Source: Alphaproteobacteria bacterium
GTDB lineage: Bacteria > Pseudomonadota > Alphaproteobacteria > MPNO01
Assembly: GCA_964291675.2 (NCBI GenBank)
Contig: OZ219866.1
Span: 1,824,001 to 1,888,000 of the forward strand
Direction of reading: 5' to 3'
DNA length: 64,000 nucleotides
Shown here: one piece after another, positions 62,298-64,000 of the stretch
How the letters are laid out: every line of letters starts with the position of its first letter
Position numbering within the stretch: position 1 is the first letter of the stretch
Program-made: the position numbers and the translations under genes
Notes under the pieces: model-generated
Told to the model about the DNA's origin: nothing
The model's input: the letters and a program-made list of their open reading frames with translations, nothing else
The model's database searches: none

Positions 62298-62813
62298 GTG
62301 CGCCACCTCGTCCGGCTCTACGACAGGCTGATCGCGGCGCTGGCGGCCGTCGCCGTCGCCATGCTCGCCGGCGTGTTCGTCATGATCGTCTACGACGTGA
62401 CCGTGCGCGCGCTCGGCTACCAGCCGCCGGCGCATACCAGCGCGCTCAGCGAATACGCCATGCTTTACATGACCCTGCTGGCCGCGCCCTGGGTGCTGCG
62501 CAACAAGGGCCATGTCTTCGTCGAGTTTCTGGCCGGCAGCCTGCCGCGCGCAATGCGGCGTGCGCTGCAGCGCGGCATCTACGTGCTGTGCATCGCGGTC
62601 TGTCTGGGCCTCGCCTATTACGGGCTGGGTGCGGCGCTCGACTACTGGGAGCGCGGCGAGCTCGACATCAGGTCCATCGTGATCGCCAAATGGGCGTTCT
62701 ACGCGCCCCTGCCCGTCGGCTGTTTCCTGTGCGCCGTCGAGTTCGGCCGTTTCCTGCTCGGCGTTGACGACATGTACGACCGCGGGCCGGACATCGACAC
62801 GGAAGGCATCTGA
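62298..62813 (+). CDS. TRAP small permease DctQ
   Basis: DVTVR, SEY, AAPWVLRNKGHV. Confidence 0.88.
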   Translation: MRHLVRLYDRLIAALAAVAVAMLAGVFVMIVYDVTVRALGYQPPAHTSALSEYAMLYMTLLAAPWVLRNKGHVFVEFLAGSLPRAMRRALQRGIYVLCIAVCLGLAYYGLGAALDYWERGELDIRSIVIAKWAFYAPLPVGCFLCAVEFGRFLLGVDDMYDRGPDIDTEGI

Positions 62814-62820
62814 CCGGCCG

Positions 62821-64000
62821 ATGGAGTGGTACTGGATCGCCGCCATCGCCATCGGCCTCGTGGTGCTGCTGATGGGGCTGTCCGTCCCGGTCGCCATCGC
62901 CTTCTTCGCCGTCAGCGCGCTCGGCGCCTTCTGGGTGTCCGGCGAGCCGGGGCTGGAGCAGATCGCCGACAACGCCCCGGCCTCGATCTCCTCCTACGCC
63001 TTCGTGCCGATCCCGCTCTTCCTGCTGATGGGGGAGCTGTTCTTCCACACCGGGGTCGCCGGCCGGGTGTTCGACGCCTTCGATGCCCTGTTCGGCCGCC
63101 TGCCCGGCCGCCTCTCCTATGTGACCGTGGCAAGCGGCACCGCCTTCGCCGCGCTCTCCGGCAATTCGATGGGCAACACGGCCATGCTCGGCTCGCTGCT
63201 GGTCCCGGAGATGACCCGGCGGGGCTACAAGAAGCACATGTCGATGGGGCCGATCCTCGGCGTCGGCGGGCTGGCGATGATCATCCCGCCGTCGGGGCTT
63301 GGCGTGCTGCTCGGCAGCCTGGCCAAGATCGATATCGGCAAGCTGCTGATCGCCGGCGTCATTCCCGGGCTGATCCTGGCCGCGCTCTATGCCCTGCTGA
63401 TCTACATCCAGGTCCGCATCGACCCGGAGGCGGCGCCGCAATACGCGGTCGAGCCGGTGCCGCTCGGCCGCAAGCTCTGGCTGGTCGCGAGCCAGCTCCT
63501 GCCGATGGGCGTCGTCATCTTCGCGGTGATCGGGCTGATCGTGCTCGGCATCGCCACGCCGGAAGAATCGGCCGCCTTCGGCGTGCTCGGCGTGCTGGTG
63601 CTGGCCGCCGTCTTCCGCACGCTCACGCTGCGCGCCGTGATCCGCGCGCTGACCGGCGCGCTGCGCGTCACCTGCATGGTGCTCTTCATCGTGATCGCCT
63701 CCTACGCCTTTACGCAGATCCTGGCGCTCACGGGCGCGACGCGAACCCTGGTCGACACCGTGGCCACGATCGAGCTGGCGCCGCTGCTCCTGCTGCTGAT
63801 CATGTTCCTGATCCTGCTGGTCATGGGCATGTTCATGGATGTGGTCTCGATCATGCTGCTGACGATCCCGATCTTCTTCCCGCTCGCCGAGTCGCTGGGC
63901 TACGACCCGGTCTGGTTCGGCCTCGTCATGCTGCTCACCCTCGAAATCAGCATGGTCACGCCGCCCTTCGGCCTCGGCCTGTTCGTCATGCTCGGCGTCG
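62821..64000 (+). CDS. TRAP large permease DctM; 3' end runs off the window
   Basis: Read manually: MEWYWIAA..VPIPLFLLMGEL..IIPPS..IATPEESAA..TPPFGLGLF. Confidence 0.92.
   Translation, partial: MEWYWIAAIAIGLVVLLMGLSVPVAIAFFAVSALGAFWVSGEPGLEQIADNAPASISSYAFVPIPLFLLMGELFFHTGVAGRVFDAFDALFGRLPGRLSYVTVASGTAFAALSGNSMGNTAMLGSLLVPEMTRRGYKKHMSMGPILGVGGLAMIIPPSGLGVLLGSLAKIDIGKLLIAGVIPGLILAALYALLIYIQVRIDPEAAPQYAVEPVPLGRKLWLVASQLLPMGVVIFAVIGLIVLGIATPEESAAFGVLGVLVLAAVFRTLTLRAVIRALTGALRVTCMVLFIVIASYAFTQILALTGATRTLVDTVATIELAPLLLLLIMFLILLVMGMFMDVVSIMLLTIPIFFPLAESLGYDPVWFGLVMLLTLEISMVTPPFGLGLFVMLGV

Overview
GC-rich (about 70% by eye) chromosomal segment of an alphaproteobacterium, probably Rhodospirillales-like. 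The assignment is inferred from the DUF1476/zeta-purC-purS-purQ-purL-bolA-grxD-rpsD order, a single-Cys DksA and an alpha-type GAAC-N7-GAAC SOS box. Core genes (purB, purC/S/Q/L, bolA, grxD, rpsD, dksA, dgkA) are mixed with many catabolic and transport genes: 3 TRAP operons plus an orphan DctP, a NitT/TauT ABC system, hydroxycinnamoyl-CoA lyase, LLM, Rieske and TauD oxygenases, amidohydrolases, an aryl-sulfate sulfotransferase and a ComDE-like decarboxylase. Two large adhesin-like autotransporters (FN3/SwmB; 10 x 114-aa Ig/cadherin-like repeats) suggest a host-associated lifestyle such as a marine invertebrate symbiont (inference). No rRNA, tRNA, CRISPR array or transposase was seen. Best candidates for something new: (1) a non-coding MITE family with GGGGCTTATCC.. 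terminal inverted repeats, found twice at the same 8-bp site (TATCGAAG, duplicated) inside a REP-like element, and itself filled with a second REP-type hairpin; (2) a stand-alone HIRAN protein with a twin-arginine leader under an SOS box; (3) a 51-aa ORF predicted to release the disulfide octapeptide CFPYVACW; (4) an orphan MqsA-like HTH gene flanked by an 8-bp direct repeat that duplicates a -35 element.
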